NCBI GenBank assembly: GCA_964016885.1
Contig: OZ024741.1
Coordinates: 360,406,001-360,470,000 of the forward strand
Direction: 5' to 3'
Source: Eledone cirrhosa
Taxonomy: Eukaryota
Length of the DNA: 64,000 bases
This document shows, in pieces, positions 38,976-51,969 of this stretch (its first letter is position 1; every line of letters begins with the position of its first letter). The translations under genes and the position numbers were made by a program. Below the pieces are notes generated by a model. That model did not search any database. It was given only the letters and a program-made list of their open reading frames with translations, and was not told the DNA's origin.

Positions 38976-40680
38976 GGCTTAAACATACATGGGTGGAAAC
39001 AAATTAAATAAAGATGTGCAAAGGTTGAGCTCATGTCTGGGAATATTTAGCCAGTCAGGTAAATCATATTTGTGGATTGTCCAACCCATATTGTTTTTTT
39101 TTTGTTCTTCTAAACCCTCTTATTCCTGAGAGTGTTGGGGCTGAGTCTTCAGACATGGCTTCCAGTGGGTTCTATCAGAAACAGCCATTACCAAATTATC
39201 TGCCTAGATTCTCAAGCAAGATCAACTAAGGTTAGGGATATTATCCAACCATCTTGCACGTGGTCTGCTTTTGGGTCTCTTACTGGTTGACATAGAATAT
39301 GGCCTGTGATTTTTTCCTGACCACATGTCTGTAGTAGTAAGAAGTTTATGCAAAAATAATGATGCTAATGAGTTCTCTATTTTTCTTCCTCACCCATAAA
39401 TAAATTATATTCATAGACTTCTACTCTCTCTGTTCTTGTCTTATATTCTATCTGTGTTTTTCCCTCCAAACAATAATATGTATGTATGGTCCCATACATT
39501 TTTAAGCTTGGCAGAGCCGATCCCTCTCCAGGTCTGAGTACAGAAGATTTCTTCCAGAGAAAGATAGAAAGTGAGAGAGAGAAAATGAGAAAGAGATATA
39601 GAGGAAGAATCTACCCCAGTTCTAGACTGGTACTTTTTTTATCGACCTTAAAAGGATAAAAGGCAAAGTTGACCTCAGTAGGATTTGAACTCAGAGAGCA
39701 GAGAGCCAGAACTAATACCATAAAGCATTCAATCTGACATTCTAACGACTCTGCCAATTCGCCACCTCTAAACAATAATATACAAGAGTTCCAACAAATC
39801 TCATTCATATTTTTCTAACAGTCACTCTGTTCTAATCTTTTTCAGACCACAAATAGTCATGAGATCAGTATTCTATTCTGGTTTCTGAACTATTAACTAA
39901 ATGTGATAAATTTGTTCTTGGATAGGATGCAGGTTAATTGCAGGTATATTTTCCATGTGAATAGTGACCTATACTGCACTCCTTAGAGCTGAGTGGATTA
40001 GGCTGTAGGCAATAACATATCCAGAGTACATTACTGGTGACAATACTAAAGCAGCTTTGCTCCCATAACCATAATGTGCAACCAGCTACATTTCCATTGA
40101 CTAGGCTAAGAACAACATTCTTTTGAGATTATTAAAATAAACAACACATTTCGCCAATTGTTACCATTTGCTCCTTTCAGAGTTTTCCTGAGAGCAAATT
40201 GTCACCCATTGCTCCATCTTCCCTAATAACTTATTACTGTTAGATTTGGGGTTGCTTATTTGTCTGGCAGGAGCCCGCTTGTATCACAACTAACCGTAAT
40301 ATCTGGGGGCCATATCACTATATGCCACCTGTGACAATTTTTCTAGCGGGAGAGATTTTATGAGCTAAGCCAACCGAGTCATTTGGAAACAGAACTCTTA
40401 GGAATAACTATTCTAAAAAGAAATTGCACTATATTCTTTTAAATTACTAAATTAAATATACCAAGGGAGGCAACTGTAGTCAATCTTAATGAGTAATCTC
40501 CCTTGACTCACATTTAAAAACCGTTAATCTCTTGCGATACCGTTTTGAAAAATACATTTAATCGTTAGTGTTACTATATATTTTATATGTAACAATCCGG
40601 CAGTTGTTTTTATATTTTCCATTCAGAGACATTTAATTACATTTACTAATATAGGTTATAAGCTAAACCGACAATATTAC

Positions 40681-40827
40681 TTGGCAGTATCGGTAGAGTG
40701 TCGGACACCATGCTTTGCAGCATACAGTTCCAGCCCTTTACGTTCTGAGTTCAAATCCCGCCGAAGTTAACTTTGCCTTTCATCTTACGGGGTCGATAAT
40801 GTAATGCAGTGGGGGTAATTACTGACC
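40681..40827 (+). mobile_element. Family-A SINE with truncated tail
   Basis: A and B boxes and central domain are present; the tail ends at ...actgacc. Confidence 0.8.
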
Positions 40828-41005
40828 TTGTTCCAACAGCCTGGCCATCACCCGAAGCAACGCTGCGAGTGTGCTGGCTTGCCTCAAAAATCATTAGAGA
40901 GGTTTCCCAGTACTCCTCGCGACACTGCTGTCTTTTGCTCTGATGGTGGTTCGGTTGTCCACCCCTTCCTCTATATTTTCTTTAGTATTGCAACATTAAA
41001 GGAAT
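40828..41005 (+). mobile_element. CRE-clade retrotransposon extreme 3' end
   Basis: LFQ/SLAITRSNAASVLACLKNH*; nucleotides match the end of the 685-780 copy (ttgcctcaaaa..c.ttag...cccagta). Confidence 0.65.
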
Positions 41006-41161
41006 ATATCCTTCATTATTTGGAAGAATGTTAGAAGTTCGTTTGTTATACACTACATTTGAGAAGCAACTACTTGTTCTCTATCCACATATTTTTATTT
41101 TCTTCATTCCCTGTAAAAAAAAATGTCATTTAAATGGATGCATACTTACAGCAAGTAGATA

Positions 41162-42096
41162 TATTTCTTTATTAGCCACAAGGGCGCACAAGAAAGGGGG
41201 ACAATACAAAGACATGTCGGGGATTTTACATACAGTCGTGTAAAAAGTATAAAAACAAACAATTACAACAATCGAAATCCCCAATAGGGGGGAGGCGCCA
41301 CAAATGGGTTGTTTAATACCCCGTCGATAGAACAACCCTCAACTCCAGGAGCGTGTTGTGCAAGTGCTCCTTTCTTCCTTTTGCTCTCTTCCTCAATCTA
41401 CAGGCTTATAAACAGAGAAGGCCCAATCACTTGGGCCATTTTTGCTTCATTCACCCACCTTTCAGTAAATTTACTGGGGTGCAGTGCCTCTCTCTCCACC
41501 TTGATTCTCCTTCTAAAGTGATACTTAAAGAAGGGAATCAATTGTTGTCCGGAGAAAAAGGCATCTGTCCTCAGTCCTCTCAACCTCGTCCACCATATAA
41601 CTTCTTTCACCATAGCCACCGTACAGAGGAAAACCGCCTCTCTTTCGTTTTTGAAAGAGGCTGGCGGTTTGATCCTTACCATGGACTCGGCAGTCAACTG
41701 GATTTGTCCCATACGCGACAGCAGTTGTTCTGCATAGTTCCACAGGTCAGTTACGCCCGGGCAGTGTACAATTGGGTGTAAGACTGTTTCAATGTCCTGC
41801 GCGCATCTTGAACACGTCCTCTTGGAAGGATCCCTGCCAGGGCGTCCGTGCCTTTAGATCTTGTCACGAACCGGTAGGGCTCCTCGGTAGCACTGCCAGG
41901 CCAGGGACCTCTGGATGTTGTCCATAGGTCCCCGGCGGAAAGTCCTACCAAATAGACTGGTGAGCTCATCGTCTTCGACGCCCAGAGTCTCTCCGAGCAT
42001 GTCGTCGCCCTTGTAACGTACAATCCCTCTATAGAATGTCGAAGTGGAGTCTCCACTGATTGCTGCGCCCGCTTGCCAGAGGACTGTGAGCGCCTG
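41162..42096 (-). mobile_element. Tx1/L1-clade LINE, 5'-truncated, with 12-bp target-site duplication
   Basis: A single frame with one stop: ...SLAWQCYRGALPVRDKI*RHG...CSRCAQDIETVLHPIVHC...VKEVIWWTR...FTERWV (zf-RVT-like zinc knuckle). AATAAA at 41173-41168. TSD agcaagtagata at 41150-41161 and 42097-42108. Confidence 0.88.
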
Positions 42097-42125
42097 AGCA
42101 AGTAGATAGAACATGAGACAGCCAT
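42097..42125 (-). CDS. Putative first coding exon (MAVSCSIYL[L]) of an unidentified gene, donor displaced by the Tx1 insertion
   Basis: aaagATGG Kozak context in a CpG-enriched region; removing the insertion and one TSD copy gives ...TAC TTG CT|GTAAGT. Downstream exons were not identified. Confidence 0.4.
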
Positions 42126-43069
42126 CTTTAATTCAAATTAAGTGCAGGCGTTTTGTTGTGTATATGAAGCGAAGTTTTATTTCTTGTGGAAGAAATGACG
42201 AACACGACAAAAATCAACAATACTGGTTGAATTTCAGCGGCGGTGGCAGCATTTCTGAATGGAAGTGGGGGGAAAGTTGGTCAGTTTAGTTGTAGTGATT
42301 AGTTTAGCACTCTAAAATGTCAGAAAACTTCGATATGTGATAAACATAACATGTACATAAATTGTAGCGCATATACAAATAGATGTGTGTTTCGGTAGTT
42401 TGGAGAGAAAAATATAATTATTGGGGAGCTATGGCCCCCTTGCCCACCCACGCCCATGTCACTTCAGCAAAAAGGGAAAAAAATATGATTACTTCGAATT
42501 GTAAATATAATGTTTTTTATAGTGTTTACAAATGAATATAATGTTCAGTAAGGCTTTAGTGTTCTACACGAATCTTTTATTTACCATTTTCTTAAAAGAA
42601 AAGCGACAAGTTACAGTTGACATTGCGTGGTTGGCCAGTGTAGTAGTAAGCCGTTATATATCCAGGCTGTGTTGTCTAGGAGAAGAGGCAGATGACTGAG
42701 TGAGTTAGGACCACAGGATAGCCTATTTATAATGACCACTAGTTATTTTACTGATAGATAACAGATGACCCTAGAATATGTTTTCCTTGCTAGGACTGGT
42801 GCCGTAAATCCTACCATTAGGGAAAATTTATCTATTGTCTTCTCTGTAAGGTCGCAGGTCACTTACTTAGTGACCGTATCCGTATGGAAAAGAAAACAGT
42901 GGGAAAACATTTCTTTCGCTACATATATACCTCAGTTCTTGGATAGAATGTTAGTTTAATTTACTACACTATTAACAGCTTAAAATCTCTGCTGTGTGTA
43001 TAATTATATATCTTATTATTTTTTCATATTGTGTGTGGCCATAATGGGGTTCCTCAGAAGGGTCTTTGG

Positions 43070-43375
43070 AGTAATGTTACTCGATAAAGTGCGTAGCTCG
43101 GAGATCAGTGAGTCACTCCAGGTAGAGCTGCTACTTCTCTGAATTGAGAGATCACATGTGGTTACAATGTCTCAGGAAAGAATCGCTGGACAGATTTTAC
43201 AGGCGAAACCAATAGGTAGGAGACCCAAAGAAAGATGGTTGGATAACATCCATGAGCTTGGCTGGTCATGCTTGGGGATCCAGCTGGATCAGTTGGAAAC
43301 GGATGCTTCTGACAGGATCTGCTGGAGGGAGTGTTTGAGGACTCTGCCCCTGCAACCCTCTCAAGAATAAGTGGG
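43070..43375 (+). mobile_element. RTE LINE C-terminal fragment
   Basis: LLLRIERS...QAKPIGRRPKERWLDNIHELGWSCLGI...DRICWR. Confidence 0.75.
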
Positions 43376-44442
43376 TGAAAAAAAGAAGTGTATGGCCATA
43401 GCAGTATCCTGTCTTCTTTCCTATTTAGTAAAATTTTAATATTTGCTAAGTTTACATTGAGATTCCTCAAAACCTTAAGTTTTCTGCAGATCAATGAATG
43501 CTAGGTATGGGAGTTTTCTCCTAGTTAAATATTTCTGCAGTTGTTTCACTAGGAAGATGGTTTTGGTAGTACAACTTCATTGGACAGATCCTTTAACTGA
43601 TTTTATCTAGGTTAATTCTGCTCTTAATAAATTGTTGTAGGATACTTTGCTTAACTTTCATCCATTTGATTCGTCACTAGAGCATCTTTATTCACTTAGT
43701 AGTTGATGAGGATACTGCTACACAAGTCATTTGGTATGATACCTACCTCATTGACTATGTAAGCATTTATCTAAATTTAAAAGCTATGCAATGTATTTAG
43801 AGTAAATATATATATGAGATGGTAGTCACATATCACAGCAATGAGAATAAACATAGTTTAACTGATATGCTGATAAATTAATCCTTTCATTATTGTATTT
43901 TTAATGACTGCCTGTGTTTTAATTGATTTTGAAAAAGGGAGGAATTTAATAAAATAACTTGTTTTTCGTTCGTAAGCTGATATTTAGAACATTACTTAAA
44001 AATTTCTAAAATAAAATTATGATGAAAGGATAAACATTTAAAAATAAGCAGTGCTGTATCATCCAGAGGAGTTTGGTATTAAAATTCTTTCCCAAACCTG
44101 GAGAGAGATCACCTCCCAGTATATCTCCTCTTGAGACTAATAGAATTAATCATCCACTAATAATCACATACACAAGATTAGCTCATCAATAAAGATTCTC
44201 CTCCTACTAGAAACCTTTACAAATGGAGATAGGTTTGATGTGGCTGTTGTGCACTTCCCAAATCTTATTCATGTAATTGAGATAGTTATTATGAGAATTG
44301 AAACAATCACTAAAGATTAAACTGTTTTGGCTAATTATGTTAGATGTATTATTGTGTTTTCTACTACATTGTAAAGAGTCTAGGCTGGAGGAGTTAACCA
44401 GGGAAGAATAAACCTAGAACCTTTTAATTCTATGTTATGCTA

Positions 44443-46460
44443 ATCATCATCATCATTTAACGTCCATCTTCCACGCTTGCATGGGTTTAGACGGGAATTG
44501 TTCCACTTGAGGCAAGATTGGTTGTCTTGCTCGTATAGGACTGTCTGGTGGGTTTTCTATGGCTGGATGCCCTTCCTAACACCAACCACGTTTACAGTGT
44601 GGACTGGGAGGTTTTTACCGTGTTACTTACATGGCCACATTACAGCGTGGACTGTGTTTTTTTGTCATGACACCTACACAACCTCATTTATTTAGGACTG
44701 GATGTTGTGGTACCAACATAACTTTACATTGAAAGGGGTGGAGTGGATGGGTGGGGGTAGTGGGACGGGGGTGTATTTTTGTTAGAGGTGCCTACTGACT
44801 GTAGTAGGTTTTACTTTGTACTTAGGCAAGGAGGGTCTTCTCTATTACTGTGTAGTGCCAAAGATCTCGGTCCAGTGACATTGTCTTGGAGAGGTGTGTG
44901 TGAGGTTGGAATTTATCAAGTCGTCCCAGGTTTTTCTGGGTCTGCCTACTTCCGTGGCTACCGTCTATTTTTATCGCCCTGCACTTTTTTATACAGCTGT
45001 CGTCTTTCATGCGCATCACGTGACCATACCAACATAGTCTTCTCTCGAGTAAAAAACAACTGATCCCTCTTATTCCTAATTTCTCCCTTAGTTCGTTTAT
45101 GCTTTGACGTTCACGTATATTACTATTACACATCCAGCGGAGCATGCAAGCTTCGTTCCTCTCCAGTCTGTGTATATCCTCTGCACACAATGCCCAAGTC
45201 TCCCTGCCATATAACATTGCTGTTCGTTACGAGGCATCATACAGCCTGCCTTTCATTTTTAGAGGGAACCCTTTAGCGGCCAATAGTGGTATAAGCTCTC
45301 TGAACTTTTTCCATCCCGTTCTGACTCTAGCTACTGTACTTTCAGAGAACCCTCCACCACTGCTGATTTTGTCACCCAGGTAACGGAAGGTGTCCACTAT
45401 TTCTATAGAACCATCTGTGCAATGGAATGGGTTAGTATTCTGTGGGCACTTGCTGCTACTTATTGCACCTGAGCACCGGCCACATATAAAATCTATATTC
45501 TTAGTTAGCTTACCTGTGATCCCACTACATCTTTTATGCACCCATACTTTGTATTTGGGACATAAAATGAGTTTCTGCCTACTCCTTTCCTACACACTAA
45601 GCATGGCCATTTCCCAGATGGGACCGGTGCCCTATTTTCCTTCCTACAAACTAGAACTTTAGTCTTAGACAAGTTAATTTTAAGGCCTTTTGATTCTAGG
45701 CCATGCTTGGAATTTCTTCTCTAGTTCAGCCATTGATTCAGCTATGAGCATTAGATCATCTGCGTATAGGAGTTCCCATGGGCAGCCGGTCTTGAACTCC
45801 TCTGTTATAGCCTGAAGGGCAATAATAAATAGTAGGGGGCTAAGAACAGAGCCCTGATGAACACCAACTTTTACACTAAACTCTTCACTATATTCGTTGT
45901 TAATTCTAATCTTGCTGACTGTTTCTTTATACATGGCTTGTATTAGCTCTCACAAGCCATTCATCAACACCTAGTTTTCTAAGAGCCCACCAGATAATGG
46001 AGCGGGGGACTCTGTCAAAGTCAACAAAAGCTAAGTATAGGGGTTTACTTTTAGCTAGGTACTTCTCCTGTAGTTGTCGTACAATGATAAGAGCGTCTGT
46101 GGGACTTTTACCCGACACAAACCCGAACTGCATTTCATCTAGATCAATTCGCTCTGATTAGTTGCGCTATTACTTTTTCTGTGACCTCCATGACCTGGTC
46201 GATTAATTTAATGCCTCTATAGTTACCCCTATGTAGGGCATCTCCTTTACCCTTGTAGCAGTTAATGATGATGCTGCTACGCCAGTCCTTCGGAACGACC
46301 CCATTCTGTATGACTTGGTTTACTATCCGGGTGACCATAGTGTGTCCCACCGTTCCAGATGCTTTCAGCATTTCAGCAACTATTTCCGAAGGCCCAGCCA
46401 CCTTACCCGTCTTCATATCTTTGATTGCCTTACTTATTATACTACCTTCAACTTGCACTG
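44443..46460 (-). mobile_element. RTE-clade LINE, 5'-truncated and frameshifted, with RT, Cys-rich insert and (TGA)n tail
   Basis: ORFs 46144-46458 (GNYRGIKL), 45927-46133 (QFGF, LAFVD), 45680-45934 (GVHQGSVLSP, YADD), 45227-45541 (HKRCSG...CGRC) and 44822-45217 (LYG.ETW, RRL.WYGHV.RM). Confidence 0.92.
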
Positions 46461-47600
46461 CTGCTTATATGTATGAAAAAATCTTTCAAATAAATTTTTG
46501 AATTTATGGTACAAAGTCTGTCAGCATATTTTTAGTTTTTCAAAAATGAGCCACTACTCTCGTGAAACAAATTCCTGGAAGGTATTAACACACATCATAG
46601 CTAGGTATATTGGCAGTGAACTAAAAACCTAATCTAATAATTTCTTACATTTGTAGGTGCCAATCCATGAAACTACATTAAGACATTCTTGAAAAGTACA
46701 AAACAGCACTATGACTTTGTAGCAAGCAATGGCACTATTTTATCGCTGTGGAGTAATTTGGTTGTGCTTTGTCACTCGCCAGCCCTTAGGGTAGGTGGCG
46801 TATGAATACAAACGACGACTTCTGCTCAGCAGTTGCTTTGCGCCTTTTTTCAGTTCTAGCTAGCAGTTGCACTTTGCATCTCAACACCAGCACCTCACAA
46901 ATGACTTTCCCAGTTGATGCACCATCTTTCAAAACTACCCACCAGTTGCGTTTTGGAGTCGTTGACTAGCAGCTTGTAATGGCTTCCCTACTCCTGTGAC
47001 TTTGCTCTCTAACAAGGAGAGCAGTTTCATTATACGGCTTTTAGGAGACTTACCGTAACCGACAACTTGGTTCCAAAATACTTGCCTTTAAGAGATTTGC
47101 CATTACATGTCAGCTTTGTTACACAGATTCACGTCAAGCAAAAATAAATCTTTATTATGTTTTGTAATATGCTTTCTGATATTTCCACCAGGACTAAACA
47201 TAAACACGCAGCCTTACATCTCTATCTTCTTTAAGGATATAATCTCCGCTACCAATACAGAATCTCGCTAAAGTATTCTCACTAAAACTTCTCATTAGAA
47301 ATTTAAGTTTCTAATACTGCTGATTTTCACAATGATCTGTCTACTAGTAAAAATACTACAAACATAGGAATTAAGAAACCTGTTTTTTAGATATTTTCTG
47401 CTAAATCATTACAGGATGTTAAGAGTTATATTAGCATTAGCAGGAAGAGTTTTTTTTCTAATAATGCGAAAGTATATCATTGATTATCTTTCTTTCTTTC
47501 AGGGTTGATACAAAGTTGACCCTGAAAGCATTTGAACTGCCAACAGAGTTGTTTGCCTCCCCACTCTTTCTTTATATATATATATATATATATACATATA

Positions 47601-47930
47601 TAAATCAGGATGGATTCAGATTGAAACTGGTTATAACATTACTCAACAGAGTACTCGATACTTGGGATAGTAGAGTATGGTTATATTATAAAGAGTTGGG
47701 CCCAAGCAGCTGAATCAGAACTAGTCGGGTCACCAACTCTTTATAATATATATATAGTCTGCAGTATTGAGACCGAGGAAACCACTAGCCACAGGAGTAC
47801 TCGGTCTATGGGGAGATACAGAGTGGGTGTAGAGATATGTAAAATCCTGATTTCACTGCTAAGCAGTTTCAGCTTGTCATAAGCAGAAATCGCTTGCCAC
47901 TGCAGTTGGGATTTTACAAATCTTCCTCTC
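47601..47930. mobile_element. Two short (TA)n-bordered inserts related to the hammerhead-bearing elements
   Basis: The reverse complement of 47624-47660 resembles 5048-5080, downstream of the palindromic hammerhead; gagtactc is shared with the 2923 insert; an 18-bp hairpin lies at 47682-47750. Confidence 0.5.
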
Positions 47931-48269
47931 TCTCTATATATATATAACTGCCACTTCTTTACAGAAGAGGGCCATCTCTTTAAGGTTAACAGTGCAGCGA
48001 TGTTAGGATGTTTTGAGCTGCCCACGTTGCCATTCCTCCATCACCATGGGACTTGTGAAGAAACATCTACACATAACGATGGCAATACTACGTTTTTGGG
48101 CTACACACATAGCACCCCTTCCACCCTCACAGCTATGTGTCCAGTGACAAGCCAAGGCAAGATAACAAGACAGTTACGAGGACCGCATATGTTAGTCATG
48201 GAGTTTAACCTCTCCAGACGGTGTAGCCGTTCTCACCACCAATTGCAGATTGAAGATATTTAACCCACA

Positions 48270-48940
48270 GCTGTATCTTCCACACTAGCATGGGTTAGAC
48301 GGGTTTATCCCATTTGAGGCAAGTTTTGTTGGGTGACCGTGTCTCGCTCATACAGGGCTGTTTCTGGCTGGATGCCCTTTGTAACGCCAACCACATTTAC
48401 AGTGTGGACTGGGTGCTTTTTGTTGTGACACCTACACGACCCCTTTACAGTGTGGGCTGGATGTTTTGTGGTACCACCATAACTATACAGAGTAAGTGTG
48501 GCGTATATTGGATTAAGAGGTGCATATTGAGTTAAGTTTAAGTTCATGCACAAGGGAAGGCAGGTCTACTGCATAGTGCTAAAGATCTTGATCCCGTCAT
48601 TGTCTTAGAGAGGTGCAAGGCCAGCTTTTATCACCTCGTCCCAGGACTTTCTGGGTCTACCTATTCCATAGCTTCCATCGATTTTTATCACCCTGCACTT
48701 TTTTATACAGCTGTCATCCTTCATATGCATCTCATGACCATACCAACACAACCTCCTCTCTAGTATACTGCATCTGATTCTTCTTATGCCTAATTTCTCA
48801 GTTCATTTATGCTTTGCCGTTCATGTATATTACTATTACACATCCATCAGAGCACGCATGCTTCATTTCTTTCCAATCTGCGCAGATCCTCTGCACACAA
48901 TGCCCAGGTCTCATTACCATGTAACATTGCTGTTCGTGGC
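48270..48940 (-). mobile_element. RTE LINE 3' portion, related to 44443-45225
   Basis: Shared ccctgcacttttttatacagctgtc and atcctctgcacacaatgccca.gtctc blocks, plus the same 3'UTR. Confidence 0.85.
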
Positions 48941-48968
48941 ACAAGGCCAGGGAAGGGGAAAATTGATT

Positions 48969-49160
48969 AATAATTGTTTCTACTTTTGGCACAAGGCCAG
49001 CAATTACCCAGTGCATTAATGGTACTTTCTTTTATCGACCCCGTAAGGATGAAAGGCAAAGTTAACCTCGGTGGGATTTGAACTCAGAATGGCAAGGGCC
49101 GTAACTATGCACCAAAGCATGGTGTCCGACCCTCTCTACCGATACTGCCAATCCACCGCC
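48969..49160 (-). mobile_element. Family-A tRNA-derived SINE
   Basis: Full-length reverse-complement copy. Confidence 0.88.
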
Positions 49161-50325
49161 CTTAAAGTTGATTAATAATAACAACCATAACAAATTACAT
49201 TGTATTAAATAGTTTAATAATACAATCTTTAAGAAAAACAAAAGGAATGTAGATAGAAATATTTTTTCGGTGAATTGGAGAGGATATTACACAGCAGCTA
49301 GCCCAGTGTCCTCCACGCAGCCCAAGGAGGATAGTGAAGAGGCCATTACACAGCAGCTTGACCAGTGTCCTCCAAGTAGCCTTGGGAAGGACAGTGAAAA
49401 GGTCAGTGTGTCTGGTCAGTTAAAACATGGTGAACACAAATAAAAAGATCATATCTCCAGATTAACAGTATTTAAAATACAACAACTATAATTAATGATT
49501 TCTAACATAGGCACAAGCCCAGAAACATTGGTGGAAAGGCACAGTCAATTAAATAAACTGCAGTATTTGATGGGCACTTTATTTTACCAACACTTGAAGG
49601 ATGAAAAGGCAAAATTGACATCGGTAGCATTTGAACTCAGAAATATCTAAAGGCATTTTGTCTACCATTCTACTAATTCTGTGATCCACCATCCTCATAT
49701 AACTATGATTGAGCAAATGAGGAAGCCTTTGTGCGGTAGCCTGACCTACTAGAATTAGCTGCCAATTTTCCCTCCGATTGTACACCCTGCCACCTTAAGA
49801 AAAAACAAAGAATACATTGAATAAATGCAGTCCCAGATGTACAAAAGGGCAAGATGGTCAGTCTATAGTGTTCAATTAGAGGTGACCTGAAGGGACTAAA
49901 CAATAGCAACAATGATTGATGATAATAAAAATGCAAATATTCTCAATAAGTTAGGACGTAAAAATCTCCAACAATGTACAGTAGAAAAAATGATTACAAC
50001 AAAGTTTTGGTGTTTAAGGTGTCTTTGATCAATGACCAAGGAAACGGTCAGATGGTAAAATGATTGATCCGATCAACTGTGGAGAAAGACTGATGGAAAA
50101 CAAGTGAAATACAATCTTGCATTAGTTCAAGGAAATCCTGTGCTTTTCTTTGCAAGATCATTCTGTATAATTTGGTAAAGTGACAGGATGAAACAAGAAC
50201 AACATTTATTTCCCTAGAACATGCAATGTTATCTTTTATACCACACACATACATATACATATATCTGACATCATCTTATCATCAATGTGTATTTCTGTAA
50301 GACAGAAAAGAAACAGACAGGCAAA

Positions 50326-50413
50326 TTAAAGTTCTTCTTTAGTTTTGTCAATCCACTTCTTCATTGAGTGAATGTCTTTATTGATTTCCTCTGTATCATG
50401 GAATGGTAATGAA
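50326..50413 (-). CDS. HRC: HRC-like Cys-rich ER/SR protein, last coding exon: (S)SLPFHDTEEINKDIHSMKKWIDKTKEEL*
   Basis: Acceptor ttctctcttctttttaccag; phase matches the upstream exon; C-terminal KEEL ER-retrieval motif; AATAAA at 50210-50205. Confidence 0.85.
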
Positions 50414-51969
50414 CTGGTAAAAAGAAGAGAGAAAAGAAAGATAAAAATATTTGTATTTTCAGTTTATATTTAAGCATTTTTCAACTATGGAACAAATTAA
50501 TTTTTAGAGAATTTTCAAGTATTGAAAGTAGTGGGAGAGGGCAATGTAGAGGATATAGTAAAGGCTGGAGAGAACTGAATCAAGCATCTTCCATTGGATA
50601 TGTAATATTAGTATGCATGAGCAATGATGCACAGATGGACTGAGAGAAAAATTGGGCATTAGAAGAATCAGACGCAGTGTGCAAGAGAGGAGATTGTGTT
50701 GGTATGGACATGTGATTCAAATAGATGGTGACAATTGGGTGAAGAAGTGACAAGAGTTCCCAGTAGAAGTAAGCTGCAGAAGAGGAAAGCTTGGGCAAAA
50801 AGGACAATATAAAACTTAAAATAAAAAAAAATAAACTTAACCATGCCAATCCTATTTTTGCCCTTCCAAAGAGCCCTTCAGTTGAGTTAATGATCAACAA
50901 CCTCTAGTGCTGGTGCCACAAAAAAGGCAAGGTAGTTCGCAATAGGAAGGACAACCCACTGTAGAAACCATGCTAAAAAAGGGTTGAGAGAACTTTTCTG
51001 TTGTGTCCAGGTCACGATAACCTCTCTAGTGTTGATAATGTGCATGATAAATGGCCTCAATAATTAACCAACCTGTAAAGTGGCTGGTTATAGGAAAAGT
51101 ATCTAGCTGTAGAAAACCTGTCAAAAAAAAGGGGTTGAGAAGACTCTCCAGCTATGTCAAAGACATGACAACTTCCCTAGTGGTGGTACCACAATAAAAT
51201 GCACTTAGTAGGGTGCAGGAACGTTTGTAAGTGAGATGCAAGCCCCTGGCCTATCTGAGCACTTGGTAGAATACAGGACCATATATAAGTAAGATGCAGG
51301 CCCCCAGGTCATCAGAATTATCAGTAGCTCTACTTGGGTACAGACCCAGTCTGTGATGACTCGTCCAACCCTTGCTAACATGGAAAATGGACATTAAATG
51401 GTGATGATGAATAACAGCAAAACTAAAGCGAGTTGTAAAAAAAACTATATTAATAGTTTACTCATGCAACAAATATTTCTTGGCTTTGTAAGAAAATTTA
51501 AATTTCTTTGATGCAGTTTTAAGAAATGTTAAGAATTACAAGGCATCCAGGCAAGGTAAGTGAAGATGACTATTGGAAGGTATAGTGAGAAAGCTTTTTA
51601 ATATAGAGGTTATTTATGACAAGTGTGTAGAGTAGTCTCTTTTACAAATAAGTTATGATTATATCTTGTAGTTGTCATAGTGTTAGTGGTAATTGACTGA
51701 TGGTCATTAACAAAGCTAGGAAGATTATACATTCATGGGAAAATCAAAGTTAATGGAAGAGTGGGCATACTGGATGGGTTACATTTGACATAAATGAGGA
51801 GAGTTCAGGCATGGGAAGAATAAGTTGTGAAAGAAACAAGAAAACACTCCATAATGTATGGCTCTAAAAGTGGTTTTACCACTTCAAAATCTGTTTGTTA
51901 TCGTATTTCTATTTTGAAAATATTCAGTAATTTGGAGGGATTTAGTAATATAACTAACTTTCCTATTAA

